Assembly (NCBI GenBank): GCA_026395215.1
Contig: JAPLZC010000010.1
Span: forward strand, 206,150-263,120
DNA length: 56,971 bases
Direction: 5' to 3'
From: Candidatus Staskawiczbacteria bacterium
GTDB lineage: Bacteria; Patescibacteriota; Minisyncoccia; Minisyncoccales; Staskawiczbacteraceae
Positions 8,791-16,957 of this stretch are shown in pieces. A program made the position numbers and the translations under genes. How positions within the stretch are numbered: position 1 is the first letter of the stretch; each line of letters opens with the position of its first letter. Below the pieces are notes generated by a model, which was not told where the DNA came from, made no database searches, and worked only from the letters and a program-made list of their open reading frames with translations.

Positions 8791-9138
8791 ATGTCAAGAG
8801 TAAAAAGAGCAGTACAAGCCAGAAAGCACAGGAAAAACATACTAAAACATGCTAAAGGTTTTTCATACGGAAGAAAAACACATTTTAAGTTGGCCAAAGA
8901 TGCATTAAGACATGCATGGACTTATGCATACAGAGACAGAAAAACAAAAAAGAGATTGTCCAGGAATCTTTGGAATATACAAATAAACGCATTAGCCAGA
9001 CAAAACGGAATTACTTACAGCAGGTTAATTGACGGGCTTAAAAAACACAAGATAGAGTTAGACAGAAAAGTTTTGTCCGTATTAGCAAACGAATATCCAG
9101 AAGTATTCATAAAGGTAGTTGAAGAAGTCAAAAAGTAG
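8791..9138 (+). CDS. rplT: 50S ribosomal protein L20
   Basis: MSRVKR...AKGF...YAYRDRK...LDRKVLS. Confidence 0.97.
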   Translation: MSRVKRAVQARKHRKNILKHAKGFSYGRKTHFKLAKDALRHAWTYAYRDRKTKKRLSRNLWNIQINALARQNGITYSRLIDGLKKHKIELDRKVLSVLANEYPEVFIKVVEEVKK

Positions 9139-9142
9139 ACAT

Positions 9143-9173
9143 AAAAAAACACTCCCCTATTGGGAGTGTTTTT
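9143..9173. terminator. Bidirectional terminator between rplT and NUDIX gene
   Basis: AAAAACACTCCC-CTATT-GGGAGTGTTTTT. Confidence 0.85.
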
Positions 9174-9176
9174 AGT

Positions 9177-9665
9177 TTATTTTATATTCGTAACAAAGTC
9201 ATTCGCCTCTTTCAACAATTTCTTAGAATTTTTGAACGTTGTCCTTTTAATTGCCTCATCAATTGGAAGCCATAAAAATCCTTTGTGCTCGTGGGAAATT
9301 TCTACTGCCTTAGTTTTTGTCTCTGCAACAAAAAAGGTAACTAATTTAAAAATCCACCCGCCTAAAGCTTCAACATTATGGCGGGCAGGCTCCGACTTGC
9401 CCGTCAAATTGCCCAACAGGGCTTTTGTCGGGTATTGCTTAAAAAAGTATTTCGCATATTTTTTGAATCCCGGCAAAATTTTAATATCCTTTATCCCGGT
9501 TTCCTCACCCACCTCCCTCCTTGCGGCGTCTTCCTCACTTTCTTTACCTTCAATATGCCCCTTAGGAAATTCCCAATGCCCAGAAGGGTAATGCAAAAGG
9601 AGGTAATAAGTTTTATCACCATCTTTTCTAAAAATTATAGCTCCCGCTGATTTCTCTCTTGGCAT
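9177..9665 (-). CDS. NUDIX hydrolase (Ap4A hydrolase-like) with repeat-derived insert
   Basis: Nudix box GHIEGKESEEDAARREVGEETGI; SAGAIIF, ISHEH. Confidence 0.9.
   Translation of the reverse strand: MPREKSAGAIIFRKDGDKTYYLLLHYPSGHWEFPKGHIEGKESEEDAARREVGEETGIKDIKILPGFKKYAKYFFKQYPTKALLGNLTGKSEPARHNVEALGGWIFKLVTFFVAETKTKAVEISHEHKGFLWLPIDEAIKRTTFKNSKKLLKEANDFVTNIK
9357..9432. repeat. Two adjacent palindromic elements in frame in NUDIX gene
   Basis: CCCGCC...GGCGGG (9357-9385) and CCCGTCAAATTGCCCAACAGGGCTTTTGTCGGG (9400-9432), the latter the same unit as half of the ileS element. Confidence 0.85.
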
Positions 9666-9670
9666 ATAAA

Positions 9671-11410
9671 CTAATTTTTAATTTTTAATTTGAAATTTTC
9701 AATTAATTCCTGTATCGGCAAAGTATTTATAATGTCGCTCTTCTCTGCCCAACCTCGTCTTGCTTGGCCAACACCATATTCCATTAAATCCATCTGTTCT
9801 TTTTGGTGGCTGTCTGTATTTATTATCATTTTTATTCCCCTTGCCTTTGCTTGTCTTATATTAAAACCATTTAGGTCTAGCCTTCTGGGAGAGGAATTAA
9901 TTTCTAAAATTATTCCTGCTCTTTTGGCAACTTCAAGTATTTTATCAAAATCCATTTGATATTCATCTCTCTGGCCAATTAACCTTCCCGTTGGGTGCGC
10001 AAATATATCAACGTTTGGGTTCTCTAAAGCTTTCACTATTCTTTCTGTCATTTCCTTTCTTTTCATCTTCATTCCAGAATGGATACTAATAATAACATAA
10101 TCTAATTTTTCCAAAAATTCATCTTCAATTGCTAACGAGCCATCTGGCAATATATCTACCTCGCATCCATGTAAAATGCGGAACTTTATACCTTGCTCTT
10201 TAAACTTTAAATTTAGTTTTTGTATTTCTTCGTTTTGTTTTAATAGTTTTTTTCCGTCTAACCCATTTGTGATTCCTATAAATTTTGAGTGATCTGAGAT
10301 GCCAATATATTCGTGGCCCATGTCTATAGCTTTTTGAACCATATCTTCTAAAGAATTATCCCCGTCAGAATCTAAAGTATGTGTATGCAGGTTTCCCTTT
10401 ATATCTTTAAGCTCCACTAGAATCGGCAGTTTACCTTCTATGGCGGCTTGAATTTCTCCGTCATCTTGGCGCATTTCCGGTTCTATGTATGGCAAGCCAA
10501 TGGCTTTATAAACTTCTTGTTCTGTTTTGCCTGCAATATACTTTTTACCTTTAAAAACTCCGTATTCTGAAAGTTTTAGACCTTTCTCAATGGCAATTTT
10601 TCTTGTAGCAATGTTGTGCTCTTTAGAACCTGTAAAATATTGCAAGGCTGAGCCAAAGCTTTCCTTTTTAACCATTCTTAAATCAATATCAAATCCTTCT
10701 TTAAACCTTACAGAACACTTTGTTCCACCATTTGCCCAAATTTTCTCCACTTCAGGCATTTTCACGAAAAAATCTGCGGTCTTTTTTGGTTTATCAGACA
10801 CCACCAAAATATCAATGTCACCAATTGTTTCTTTTTGTCTTCTAACAGAGCCAGCAACGCTAACCTGCTTTATTTCTTTTCTATTTTCCAATCTCTTTAT
10901 AATTTCTTTAACAGTCGACATAATATCCCCTAATAAAAATCTACCCTTGCTCTGCTTCAAAAATTCTAATCCCTGCAATATATTTTTTTCTGTTTTTTCT
11001 CCAAACCCAAAAAGCGGAGCTATTTTATGACTCTTAGCCATTTTAGACAAATCTTTCAAATTTTTAATCCCCAGTTTTTGGTAAAGCACTTTTATCTTTT
11101 TTGGTCCCAACCCCTCAACCTTCAGCAGTTCTTCAACCTTAAACGGCAACTTTTTTTTAAGAGCCTCCAAACTTTTTATTTTTCCAGTTTTTAGATACTC
11201 TTCTATCCCCTTGGCTATACCCTCGCCAACACCAGAAATTTCATAAAGCGCCTTAATACCTCCATTTATATAAATTTCTCCGACATCGTCCTTTAAGCTA
11301 TCTAAAGTCAGCGCTACTTTTCTGTAGGCAAAAGGCTTAAAGCTTACACCATCTATTTCCAGATAGTTTGCCATTTCAAAAAATATTTTTGCTAATTCTT
11401 GATTCTTCAT
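9671..11410 (-). CDS. polX: DNA polymerase X with PHP domain
   Basis: AGSVRR...GDIDIL, YFTGSKEHN, HTH..SDG, AHPTGR, NTDSH; start refined to MKNQELA at 11410. Confidence 0.95.
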   Translation of the reverse strand: MKNQELAKIFFEMANYLEIDGVSFKPFAYRKVALTLDSLKDDVGEIYINGGIKALYEISGVGEGIAKGIEEYLKTGKIKSLEALKKKLPFKVEELLKVEGLGPKKIKVLYQKLGIKNLKDLSKMAKSHKIAPLFGFGEKTEKNILQGLEFLKQSKGRFLLGDIMSTVKEIIKRLENRKEIKQVSVAGSVRRQKETIGDIDILVVSDKPKKTADFFVKMPEVEKIWANGGTKCSVRFKEGFDIDLRMVKKESFGSALQYFTGSKEHNIATRKIAIEKGLKLSEYGVFKGKKYIAGKTEQEVYKAIGLPYIEPEMRQDDGEIQAAIEGKLPILVELKDIKGNLHTHTLDSDGDNSLEDMVQKAIDMGHEYIGISDHSKFIGITNGLDGKKLLKQNEEIQKLNLKFKEQGIKFRILHGCEVDILPDGSLAIEDEFLEKLDYVIISIHSGMKMKRKEMTERIVKALENPNVDIFAHPTGRLIGQRDEYQMDFDKILEVAKRAGIILEINSSPRRLDLNGFNIRQAKARGIKMIINTDSHQKEQMDLMEYGVGQARRGWAEKSDIINTLPIQELIENFKLKIKN

Positions 11411-11414
11411 TTTT

Positions 11415-12059
11415 TTATGGCTCCACCACCGGTTTCCCTCCAGAAAATGGAATAATATGACCATCTCTTGAAAAAATGTGCTTTCTAACAAGTAGCAACA
11501 AAATTGTTGAAATAATTGTTAGCGCGCTTACAGAAATGAAAAGTACTTTGAATCCTACAAGTGCCACCACTATTCCACTTAACCCACCCGCTATACCGGC
11601 TCCCATACCCACAGATGTGCTTTCTAGTCCCCATTCAAAAGCTTCTTTGCCTTTATCTATGTGGCGGGTGAATATGGCAAGCCAGGAAGGCAGTACCATT
11701 GCCATACCAGCCGCATATATTACCTGCAAAAGATAAATGTGCCATGGCGCAGAAGAAAAAAGATATCCAATTGGTATAAACGCTGCTATAAACATTCCGC
11801 ACACCATAAACCAAAAATCATCTTTCTCTCCATGCTTTTTGTCCAGAAAAATTGCTATTGGGATTTGGAAAAAAGATTTTGGTATCCAATAAAAAAGCGC
11901 GGCCAGTCCAGCAATTCCTGCGGCTTGTGCTGGGCTATTTTTTGCGATATTACCCAAAATAAATATAGCAAATATGGGAGACAACAAGCCCCACCCCAAA
12001 TTTAAAAAAAGATCGCTTACAACCAATGTCTTAATAACCCTATTTATTAATTTTGCCAT
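11415..12059 (-). CDS. MFS-like membrane protein, half size (about 6 TM)
   Basis: 214 aa, hydrophobic helices, LDKKHG loop resembling MFS motif A. Confidence 0.75.
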   Translation of the reverse strand: MAKLINRVIKTLVVSDLFLNLGWGLLSPIFAIFILGNIAKNSPAQAAGIAGLAALFYWIPKSFFQIPIAIFLDKKHGEKDDFWFMVCGMFIAAFIPIGYLFSSAPWHIYLLQVIYAAGMAMVLPSWLAIFTRHIDKGKEAFEWGLESTSVGMGAGIAGGLSGIVVALVGFKVLFISVSALTIISTILLLLVRKHIFSRDGHIIPFSGGKPVVEP

Positions 12060-12140
12060 TTTGTTACGTTTATTTATTATTTTAATATTTTACCACAAAT
12101 AAAAACAAAAAGCCCCCAGAAGGGGCATTTTGTTGTTTTG

Positions 12141-12617
12141 CTAGCTAATCTCGTATTTTATATTCTTTATTTTATATCTCATTTCAACGGGGGAAGGAAC
12201 AATCACCTCATCTCCTATTTTATGACCCATTAAGGCTCTTCCAACAGGTGATTCATTACTAATTTTTCCTAATGCCGGATTTGCTTCCAACGTCCCTACA
12301 ACAACAAATTCATCTTTTTGTCCGCCAACGTCCACTCTAACCTTCGCCCCAACTGCCACAACTCCCTGCTTATCTTTTGCCGGATTTTTTATCAATTCAT
12401 GGTGGTCCAAAACATTTCTCAGTTCGTCAATTCGCGACCTCAAAAAGTCTATATCTTCCTGAAAGCTGACAAACTCCGGATTTAAATCTTCTGACTCTAA
12501 AACTTTTGGCGCCTCCTGACCTAAAGATTTTTTTTGCTCAAAATCAACCAACTCTGCATATTCTTTTTTAAGCTCCTGAAATTTTTCTTTGGTTATGTAA
12601 AAAAGTTTGTCTTCCAT
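12141..12617 (-). CDS. greA: Transcription elongation factor GreA/GreB family
   Basis: YITKEKFQELKKE, EANPALGKISNESPVGRALMG; acidic tip divergent (EDLNPEF). Confidence 0.85.
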   Translation of the reverse strand: MEDKLFYITKEKFQELKKEYAELVDFEQKKSLGQEAPKVLESEDLNPEFVSFQEDIDFLRSRIDELRNVLDHHELIKNPAKDKQGVVAVGAKVRVDVGGQKDEFVVVGTLEANPALGKISNESPVGRALMGHKIGDEVIVPSPVEMRYKIKNIKYEIS

Positions 12618-12670
12618 GTTATGGCTTTTTAATGATATTCCAGCAATCAAGTAATGTCAATACTTTTTTT

Positions 12671-13888
12671 TCACAGCAAGATTTTTATTTTCCCGTAGAC
12701 CCCGTCGTATCCTGGCTTAATAGAGACTTTTCCTTGGCGCATTTTTATAACTCCCGTAGCAATCTCCGGTAAAGACCATTTTTTAATTTCTTCTTCCGTT
12801 GACTCCAATAATATTTCTAATTCGTTCCCTAAATTTTTTATTAGGTTATTATAATACTTTGGGACTTCTTTAGACAAGACAGAAACGCCAATTGATTCAG
12901 CAATTACTTCGTTTAGTGGAATCAAACTCTTAAATGGAATTGCATTTTTAGGCACAAAACCTTCCGGCCTATCGGCTAATTCTTCAACTCTGTTCAAAAC
13001 ACCTATAACTAATTTCTTTTTACACTTAGGACAAATATTTTTATTTTTTTTAGATTGCCTAGGAGAATAACTTATGCCACATAGTCTATGACCATCATAA
13101 TGGTATTTCCCCTCTTCCGGGAAAAATTCAATGGTATATAAGAATTTTTTAGAACGCACTTTCGGAGTTTTTGATTTTAGCGCGTCAGCAATCCCTTTAT
13201 AGCTAAGCTCTGTGGTAAAGACATTTGCCTCTCTGCCAATTTTGGCAAGAGAATGGGCATCACTATTAGAGATTAAATTAATTTTATCTAATTGAGAAAG
13301 CCTCCAATTCATTTTTGGATCAGAACATAAACCTGTTTCTATTGCATAAATATATTTTGTGTATTCTTCAAAACATTCTTCTAAAGAATTAAAACCTGAC
13401 TTTGACCCAAAAACAGAAAACCACGGCGTCCAAGCGTGAGCCGGCACCACCAAACAATCTTTATCTACCTCTAAAACAATTTTAACCAACTCCTTTGCGT
13501 CTAATCCCAAAATTGGCCGTCCATCAGAATGCAAATTTCCTATTTTACTTAATTTTTCGTTTATTTTTTCAACCGTATTTATAGATGGAGCGAAAATAAT
13601 TATGTGAATTTTCCTGACTTTGCCGTTTTTTTTATAAATACAGCTGATTTCTGAAGTTAGAATAAATCGAGTCCCAAAATTTGATTTTTTTAGTGAAAAA
13701 AGCCCCGATTCTGCGGGGTTTAGTTCTTTTTTTATACTCTTTAACCATTTAGGGTGTGTAAAATCTCCTGTTCCCAAAACTTTAATCCCTTTAATTTCCG
13801 CCCATTTAGCCAAATTAGCCAGATTCATTTGTGGAGATACAGCCCTAGAATATTTAGAATGTATGTGAAAATCTGCTATAAAATTCAT
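12671..13888 (-). CDS. Endonuclease Q family / PHP-domain protein
   Basis: ADFHIHSKYSRA, GTGDFTHP, PAHAWTPW, SNSDAHS, GKYHYDGHRLC, CPKC, PGYDGVYG. Confidence 0.88.
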   Translation of the reverse strand: MNFIADFHIHSKYSRAVSPQMNLANLAKWAEIKGIKVLGTGDFTHPKWLKSIKKELNPAESGLFSLKKSNFGTRFILTSEISCIYKKNGKVRKIHIIIFAPSINTVEKINEKLSKIGNLHSDGRPILGLDAKELVKIVLEVDKDCLVVPAHAWTPWFSVFGSKSGFNSLEECFEEYTKYIYAIETGLCSDPKMNWRLSQLDKINLISNSDAHSLAKIGREANVFTTELSYKGIADALKSKTPKVRSKKFLYTIEFFPEEGKYHYDGHRLCGISYSPRQSKKNKNICPKCKKKLVIGVLNRVEELADRPEGFVPKNAIPFKSLIPLNEVIAESIGVSVLSKEVPKYYNNLIKNLGNELEILLESTEEEIKKWSLPEIATGVIKMRQGKVSIKPGYDGVYGKIKILL

Positions 13889-14865
13889 ATTTTATCTAAA
13901 ATTATTCCTCCCTGATAATTTAATTTATATATTTTTTTATCTTGTACAGTAATTTCTTCTACACCGGAAAAGTCGTCAATGCTTCCCTTACCTTGGTCAG
14001 AATATTTATATTCTCTTTTTTCATATTCACAAGATTTTCCAAGCCGACATTTTTCAGCTAACCTAAACAATGATTCCCTTAAAAAACCAGCTTCCAATCT
14101 TCCAATTTGATCTCCCATATAATTCATACCCCAAATTGGTCTTAACTCCTGATAAATAATTTCTTGCCCGATAAACTTTTTATTCCCATTAAAAAAAATG
14201 TCGCGATAAAAATAATCTCCTTTTTGGAATTCTAATTGTTTAGAAGCTAAAAGACGTGGGTTGTCTAACGAGTTAGCATTAGCAGCAAAAGTACTTTTGC
14301 GGGCTTCACACAGAAAATTTACCAAGCTCTCCAAGTTTATATTGCTTTTATCTGTATAATCAATTTCCTTAAAAGTGAATTTACCTCCGCTTTCAAGCGC
14401 GCTCATCATTAATTTACCCAATTCTTTTGTTTCTACTATATATTTTGAATATTTATCTTTCTTTTTAATATCCAATGGAGCCTGAAATCTCAATAACTTT
14501 TTGCCTTCCTGAGACTCTACAACCTCCGCAATATCCCTAAACTGTAATGATGGCACTAACCAAATATAATCATTAATTTTTTGTAAAACCTCATCAAAGT
14601 AAACAAAAAGCAAATAAAAGTTTTTTTCCGCTTTGAAACTTTCCTGCAAAAAATCCTTTACAAAAATGCCTTTCTTCATGGGCTTAAAAGTGCTACCAAT
14701 AAGGAAATACATTTCTTTCTCTTTGTATTCCCCTCTTCTTTCCACAGCCAAATAGTCTTCTAGCCCCTTCTTCTCCGGCTTAAAAACAACCAGCCTGCCT
14801 CCGGTGCTTAAAGCAATTACATCAATAATTTTATCTTCAATTTCCTCTTGTATATTCTCAACCAT
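13885..14865 (-). CDS. Hypothetical protein with C-terminal DUF5680-like domain
   Basis: FLCEARKSTFA...YFYRDIFF...FIGQEII...WGMNYMG...F.G.EEI...Y.GG pattern. Confidence 0.6.
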   Translation of the reverse strand: MVENIQEEIEDKIIDVIALSTGGRLVVFKPEKKGLEDYLAVERRGEYKEKEMYFLIGSTFKPMKKGIFVKDFLQESFKAEKNFYLLFVYFDEVLQKINDYIWLVPSLQFRDIAEVVESQEGKKLLRFQAPLDIKKKDKYSKYIVETKELGKLMMSALESGGKFTFKEIDYTDKSNINLESLVNFLCEARKSTFAANANSLDNPRLLASKQLEFQKGDYFYRDIFFNGNKKFIGQEIIYQELRPIWGMNYMGDQIGRLEAGFLRESLFRLAEKCRLGKSCEYEKREYKYSDQGKGSIDDFSGVEEITVQDKKIYKLNYQGGIILDKI

Positions 14866-14866
14866 T

Positions 14867-15205
14867 TTAAATTTTATACACTTTATATCCCTCGTGAACT
14901 TTTTCTTCTATTTTCATACCAACGTCATCTCCTTTTTTAGCTACTTTAACCTCTTTGTGGTCAATTTGCATAGATTTAACCTTTTGCTCAAAATCTGTTT
15001 CTTGGCCACCAATTATTCTAATATCATCTCCAATCTTCAAAGGTGATAAAAGATTAATAACCACCACCTCTATATTAGAAAAATAATGGGTTATTCTCCC
15101 TATTAATTTTCCTTCTATTGCGGCTTTTACCGGGCTTGCTTTTTTTACAACTTTTTTGACTACCTTTTTTGCTACTTTTTTAACTGTTTTTTTCTTTGTT
15201 GCCAT
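14867..15205 (-). CDS. Small translation-factor-like beta-barrel protein with Lys-rich N-terminus
   Basis: IGRITHYFSNIEV...LKIGDDIRIIG...FEQKVKSMQIDH...GDDVGMK. Confidence 0.75.
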   Translation of the reverse strand: MATKKKTVKKVAKKVVKKVVKKASPVKAAIEGKLIGRITHYFSNIEVVVINLLSPLKIGDDIRIIGGQETDFEQKVKSMQIDHKEVKVAKKGDDVGMKIEEKVHEGYKVYKI

Positions 15206-15213
15206 GTTTCTTG

Positions 15214-15242
15214 CCCGCCTAATTGCTTTAGCTTTTGGCGGG
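15214..15242. repeat. 29-nt palindromic element just upstream of a start codon
   Basis: Reverse complement CCCGCCAAAAGCTAAAGCAATTAGGCGGG resembles 37231-37259. Confidence 0.8.
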
Positions 15243-15279
15243 TTATATTAATTATATATAACTCTTACCTTACTCTAAC

Positions 15280-15308
15280 AAAAAAACCATTGCTTTTCAA
15301 CAATAGTT
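15280..15308 (-). terminator. Intrinsic terminator of candidate 6S-like RNA
   Basis: AACTATTGTT-GAAA-AGCAATGGTT followed by T-run. Confidence 0.7.
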
Positions 15309-15315
15309 CCTTTAA

Positions 15316-15450
15316 GGGGGAGAGTGAATATTTTGCAACGAAATTGGTTTTTCTCGAGTCTAACTTCGGACAACGAAGCTAAATATATATTTTTCCTACT
15401 TCGATACAAGCTATTTTTGTCCTTAGGGATAAACCCCGTACCCTCCCCAT
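15316..15450 (-). ncRNA. Candidate 6S-like RNA
   Basis: Own promoter and terminator; no plausible ORF; ends pair (GGGGAGGGT/ACTCTCCCC) and the rest folds by eye into a rod with central bubble. Confidence 0.55.
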
Positions 15451-15457
15451 AACTGTA

Positions 15458-15521
15458 ATTCTATCTTTTAATACCCAAATGTCAATTGCTTGTTGACAAA
15501 TTTATATTTTAAAAATAGAAT
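15458..15521. promoter_or_regulatory. Back-to-back sigma70 promoters
   Basis: Minus: TTGACA (15480-15485)-16-TAGAAT (15458-15463). Plus: TTGACA (15493-15498)-17-TAGAAT (15516-15521). Confidence 0.85.
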
Positions 15522-15527
15522 TAAATC

Positions 15528-15780
15528 AACGTAGCAAACGCTGTGGAGACACAGCCAAACAACAAGGAGATACGGGTCAGCAGATGATGAAGACGACAAA
15601 GACGACGGCAACGATCATCGCGCGATGAACACCGGGAACCGGGGGCGCCTGCCATGAAAGGGGTGGGCGCCCCCACCAGTGCTCTTTAACAATTTACAGG
15701 TTCTGACCCTCTGGTCAGAAGAAACTGCTCAGTGATGAGCGCAACAAAAAAGCAGGACACATGTCTCTGCTTCTTTTTTT
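15528..15780 (+). ncRNA. Candidate structured small RNA with 14-codon ORF and boxA
   Basis: Consensus promoter; hairpins at 15540-15555, 15641-15674, 15701-15720, 15727-15740; TGCTCTTTAACA at 15680-15691; terminator 15746-15780. Confidence 0.55.
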
Positions 15781-15785
15781 ATATT

Positions 15786-16733
15786 TTATTTAACTCGTGA
15801 GAATCTAGTGAATCCTGAGCATGGAATAATTTCTATGCCTTGTTTTTCTAATTCATCTATAAACAAATTAACTCCCAAAGAGTCTGAAGAAATATGGCCG
15901 GCTATGACAATGTTGATGTGGGCTAATTCTGCTTCTTTTTTGTGTTCTTCTGAAATATGCATTCCTACAACTGTTCCAACTCCAGCCTGTGCCATTTTTT
16001 CGTAGAGTTTTGCAGAACCCTCGGTTCCGCCGGTTATCTCAGACAAAGCAATTTTTCCGCAGTGGTTTTCTGGACTGCCTACAAATATTTTTGGCCCCAC
16101 TCCAATTTTCATTGCTTCTTTATATTCTGGAATCTCTTTCAAAATCTCAATTAACTCACCTACTTTTGATGGGTTTCTTTGTTCAACAAAATTTTTCAAA
16201 AATTTGGCCGCCAAATTATCGCAAGGAGTATGAGAGTTCATTAAGTTAACTTTTAACAATTTAGCTGCGTCAACTGTTCTCTGATGGTTTGATGCATTAA
16301 CTCCTCTGGCAACTTCAGAAATTCTTTCTTTCATCATACCCTCGGCAACATTTATTGGTACTCCATAATAGTTATAAACATCTGCCTGCAATTCCATTAC
16401 GTCTGCCAGCTGAGCCAATCCTTTTCCAATTGGGTGATGAGCTATAACCAAGTCTATGTTTCCTAGTTGTTTTGCAATTAAAATTTCATCTGAACCAACA
16501 TCTATACCAACTAAAACCCTTTTTATTTCTTTGTCATCGGCAATATTATAAACCCCAGAATCCAAATATGGGTTCTCCAAAGCATCTTTATCAAATTCTT
16601 CTTTGTCTTTGCCGGATAATTTTTCAAACTTTTGTTTTTTTCCATCCAGTAATTTTTGTACGCCATCAGAACCCCTGAAATCAGAGTCAATTCCCATTTT
16701 TACAGATAATTTTTGTATATCTTGAATCTTCAT
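15786..16733 (-). CDS. NIF3 family protein
   Basis: VLVGIDV, VIAHHP, HTPCDN, GGTEG, AGHISSDSLG. Confidence 0.85.
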   Translation of the reverse strand: MKIQDIQKLSVKMGIDSDFRGSDGVQKLLDGKKQKFEKLSGKDKEEFDKDALENPYLDSGVYNIADDKEIKRVLVGIDVGSDEILIAKQLGNIDLVIAHHPIGKGLAQLADVMELQADVYNYYGVPINVAEGMMKERISEVARGVNASNHQRTVDAAKLLKVNLMNSHTPCDNLAAKFLKNFVEQRNPSKVGELIEILKEIPEYKEAMKIGVGPKIFVGSPENHCGKIALSEITGGTEGSAKLYEKMAQAGVGTVVGMHISEEHKKEAELAHINIVIAGHISSDSLGVNLFIDELEKQGIEIIPCSGFTRFSRVK

Positions 16734-16743
16734 AACTACTCTT

Positions 16744-16896
16744 TTATTTTACCACTTTTGCTGGGCTAAGTTTATTATATATCTCTTTAATCATTTCCTC
16801 CTGTTTTTTAACATCCCAAAATTGGCGTCTTATCTGCGCCTTCTGTCTTGCAATAAATTTTCTGACTGACCCTGACAATTTTTTTCTTGTTTCCAT
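16744..16896 (-). CDS. Small basic hypothetical protein, 50 aa (below ORF-track cutoff)
   Basis: METRKKLSGSVRKFIARQKAQIRRQFWDVKKQEEMIKEIYNKLSPAKVVK; fills the gap co-directionally. Confidence 0.65.
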   Translation of the reverse strand: METRKKLSGSVRKFIARQKAQIRRQFWDVKKQEEMIKEIYNKLSPAKVVK

Positions 16897-16957
16897 AATA
16901 AAAAGACATCTTTTATATGTCTTCTATACTCTAACATAGATTACCGTAGATAGCAAA

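Noticed and set aside
15533-15560. GCAAAC plus GNRA hairpin resembling a c-di-GMP-I riboswitch P2
   Set aside because: The following GCAAAG/P3 receptor and P1 pairing are not recognisable, and there is no downstream gene.
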